From Schmidtea polychroa (taxonomy: Eukaryota), in assembly GCA_044892525.1 (NCBI GenBank), contig CM097885.1, positions 9,674,001 through 9,738,000 of the forward strand: 64,000 nucleotides of DNA, written 5' to 3'. This document shows positions 61,316 to 64,000 of this stretch, piece after piece (the first letter of the stretch is position 1; every line of letters starts with the position of its first letter). The translations under genes were made by a program, and so were the position numbers. The notes beneath the pieces were generated by a model. That model worked only from the letters and a program-made list of their open reading frames with translations. It had not been told where the DNA came from and did no database searches.

Positions 61316-62950
61316 ATGGATTTTAAAAAATTTATAAAGCTCTATGATGGAATAAGTGAATTCTCGACGTGGTGGAAGAAATTCAAATTGGTGGCTACTC
61401 ATCAGAAAATAGAATATATATCGCTCGAACTACCGTTGCTGTTAGAAGGACCTGCTTTCTTGGTCTACGATCGTCTGACGGAAATAGATAAGCGTTGATG
61501 CAACACAATCGAAAGGGCGCTGCTAAACACATTTTCAATGGATTTTCAGGCCTATGTCAAATTTCGAACCAGGTCATGGAACGGGAAACCAGTGGACGTC
61601 TACCTCGCAGATCTAAGGCAATTGGCCACGCTGGCTGGTATCGAAGAAGATAATCTGCTCAACAGAGCATTCGTAACAGGTTTGCCATCACCAGTATCCC
61701 AGCAGATGCGAGCCTCTGCAAAAATTCACGAAATGAGTCTTACAAAAATAGTTCGTCAAGCTCGTGCTGTTATCAGAACATTCCGAGTCAGCCGGAATAC
61801 CAGAATGGAAAGTAGAATATGTTACGGCTGTGGAAGACCAGGTCACTAAGTGAACAAATGTCATATGGACAAGCGGGAACAGGGCACTCATCCAGACAAT
61901 ATCCATAAAGATCACAGGATAGTCAAGCTCAAGGTGAACGAAAAGCAGTGAGTTGGATTAGTCGATTCTGGATGCTTCCAAACGATTGCATCCAGACGGC
62001 TTGCAAGACTTAATTGGAAAAGAATGCGAATCAAAGCTGGCAGAAGTGATCACTCGTGTTAAAACAAGCGACCCGGTCAAGGGAAGGTGGACGGTAACTA
62101 ATAGTGATTGCGGGATTCTGTGGTGTGATGCAAGTAGTCTTGCCCTAAGGGTTATGCTAATAATAAATGATGATGTTGTTGAGGAAGCTTCCTGGCTCAG
62201 AAAAGCCGATGACCACTCTCATATAAATGTTGCAGAACTTGACGCAGTGCTTAAGGGAATCAACTTGGCGATGGGGAGTTAAAAGAATGGAGTTGATGGT
62301 GGAAGGGTAGCAAGTTGTTTACGAACAGTGCTGAATAATGATAGCCGAATACGGGTGCATGGAATTTCCGAAACGCTTGTTAGACGCCTCTGGGAATCGT
62401 CAAGGAACTCACCGCCGACGGAAGTTTAACTATTTCTGTATGTTTAGTGAAGTCAGCAGAGAACAGAGCAGATGTCCTTACGCGTGTTCTAGCGAAATGG
62501 CTGAAGTCTGGGAATTATTTCGGATGTGTAGAACTGTCAACAGAGCAAATAAAGGACCACCATCGCAAACATCATTTCGGCCTGGAAAAATCAATATACT
62601 TCATTCAATCGGAAAATTCGGAAACCGATCGAGATAGCATAAAAGACGTCTTGAGAAACTGCACAGAATGTAGGTCGATTGACCCATCACCGATTAAATG
62701 GAAGCGTGGTACACTGGAAGTCACGGGAAACTGGAAGAGACTGACGGTTGACGTCACGCTTTACAAGGAATTTATGACCAATTTGCAATCTGGAGGAAAA
62801 TAGACCAGGAGCCGCACCGAACATTGTAAGAAATTTCGAGGAAGTATTGCGTGAGAGAGGCCCAGTATCAGAACTATTGATGGATAATGGGGCAAGTTTT
62901 CAATCTAATCCCCTCAGAGAGCTATGTTGTAGATAGAATGTTAAACCAAC
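61316..62950 (+). pseudogene. Degenerate, internally deleted Gypsy-like gag-pol
   Basis: Gag (YDG..FSTW.KKF; VDVYLADLRQLA; CYGCGRPGH), protease LVDSG, RNase H WCDAS...HINVAEL, integrase H..H..C..C, VDVT and MDNG. No RT seen. Confidence 0.8.
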
Positions 62951-64000
62951 CTACTAATCATATATAAATGTAATGCTAACAAGCTATGTATCAGTTTCAG
63001 TTAAACATGTAATTCCAGCTGAACATTGAAACTGTTTGGTTAAGAAATAAAATCAATAACCTAGAAAACAATATAAATAATTTCATAATACTTGTTTATT
63101 CAATTTATTATAAGAATAAAAATATTAATGAAACGTAATTCCAAACCCCACCCCTTTCTTGTGAAATACTTGATGTTACAAATTTTTATAATTTCCTGTC
63201 GAAACCTGAGATGCTGATGCTCAAGCATTGGGTATAGATTGTTTAATAACAGCCTATATCTGAAAAAAATGGATGAATTTGAGGTTATGCAATTCAACTG
63301 AAAAGATGATTGTATATGACTCAAAACCAACTTCCAGAAAATCTAGCAAAATTGATGATGACCTTATTGCTGCTCATCTGAATAAGGATTCGATTGTTTA
63401 AACAGGCCTAGCTATATTTATATATAATATTTTTCCCCATATTATACAACAGTTTTAATTTATTAATTTATTATAACTTTTTTCAATTTTCACTACTGGT
63501 TTCTTTTCATTTGACATTGTATTTATTAAAAACTTGACTATGAATCAATAAATATCGATGTTTTTTTTTATATCTTGACTGACTCCATAGTCAAGCTTTT
63601 TTATAAATACAATTATTAATTTAAATTAAAAATATTTTTTCTTCAGTTTTTAGAATCAGATCAAAATGTTTTATTAATGTGAGAATTTATTGTTTAATAT
63701 TTTTATATAAAAATGAAGGAAAAATGATTAAATAACGGCACTATTCTAGGAATAATTCAATGAATCCGAAATTAAATGTGACATCACGTGATTATTGAAA
63801 GTGCTAAATGCAATTATTCATTGTGCAAATTTGAATCTGTGCTAAATTTTATTTGATCGGTTAACAGTGAATTAAAAATAGAATAAAATTTTAATTATTT
63901 CATTATAATGTAATGGTAGTACTTACCCCCTCCCCCGCACTATTTTTATGAAGATCCTTAATCCACGGACCCTTGAGTATGGCGTTTTGAATAGACTGGC

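Overview
Very AT-rich eukaryotic (animal-like) genomic DNA, densely filled with mobile elements that sit in the introns of two tandem, diverged MFS-transporter genes (OxlT/MCT-like; exons read by eye). The main object is a complete 14,937-bp Polinton/Maverick (adintovirus-like) provirus at 42508-57444. It has 333-bp TIRs starting AGTAGT and a perfect 6-bp TSD (TAAAAA). It encodes a major capsid protein, integrase, packaging ATPase, core proteins, an adenain-like protease, penton, a fibre-like protein, a membrane protein and protein-primed PolB; MCP and PolB each carry one in-frame stop. It shows four unusual traits. (1) Its left non-coding region holds three evenly spaced (~236 bp) tRNA-derived Pol III mini-genes, one clearly tRNA-Cys-like, reminiscent of adenovirus VA RNAs. 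(2) The integrase is fused to a zinc finger and a parvovirus-type PLA2 domain. (3) A separate gene duplicates the PolB C-terminus. (4) Each TIR contains an inverted copy of its own terminus. The first ~14.7 kb is a giant non-coding imperfect palindrome that ends in an AGTAG-type terminus and cuts into a second pPolB gene. Also present: a pogo (DD35D) transposon, a hAT element with a nested Gypsy (tRNA-Trp PBS), several MITEs, and pPolB, Gypsy and Penelope relics. All calls come from reading the sequence and recalled family motifs; no searches were run.
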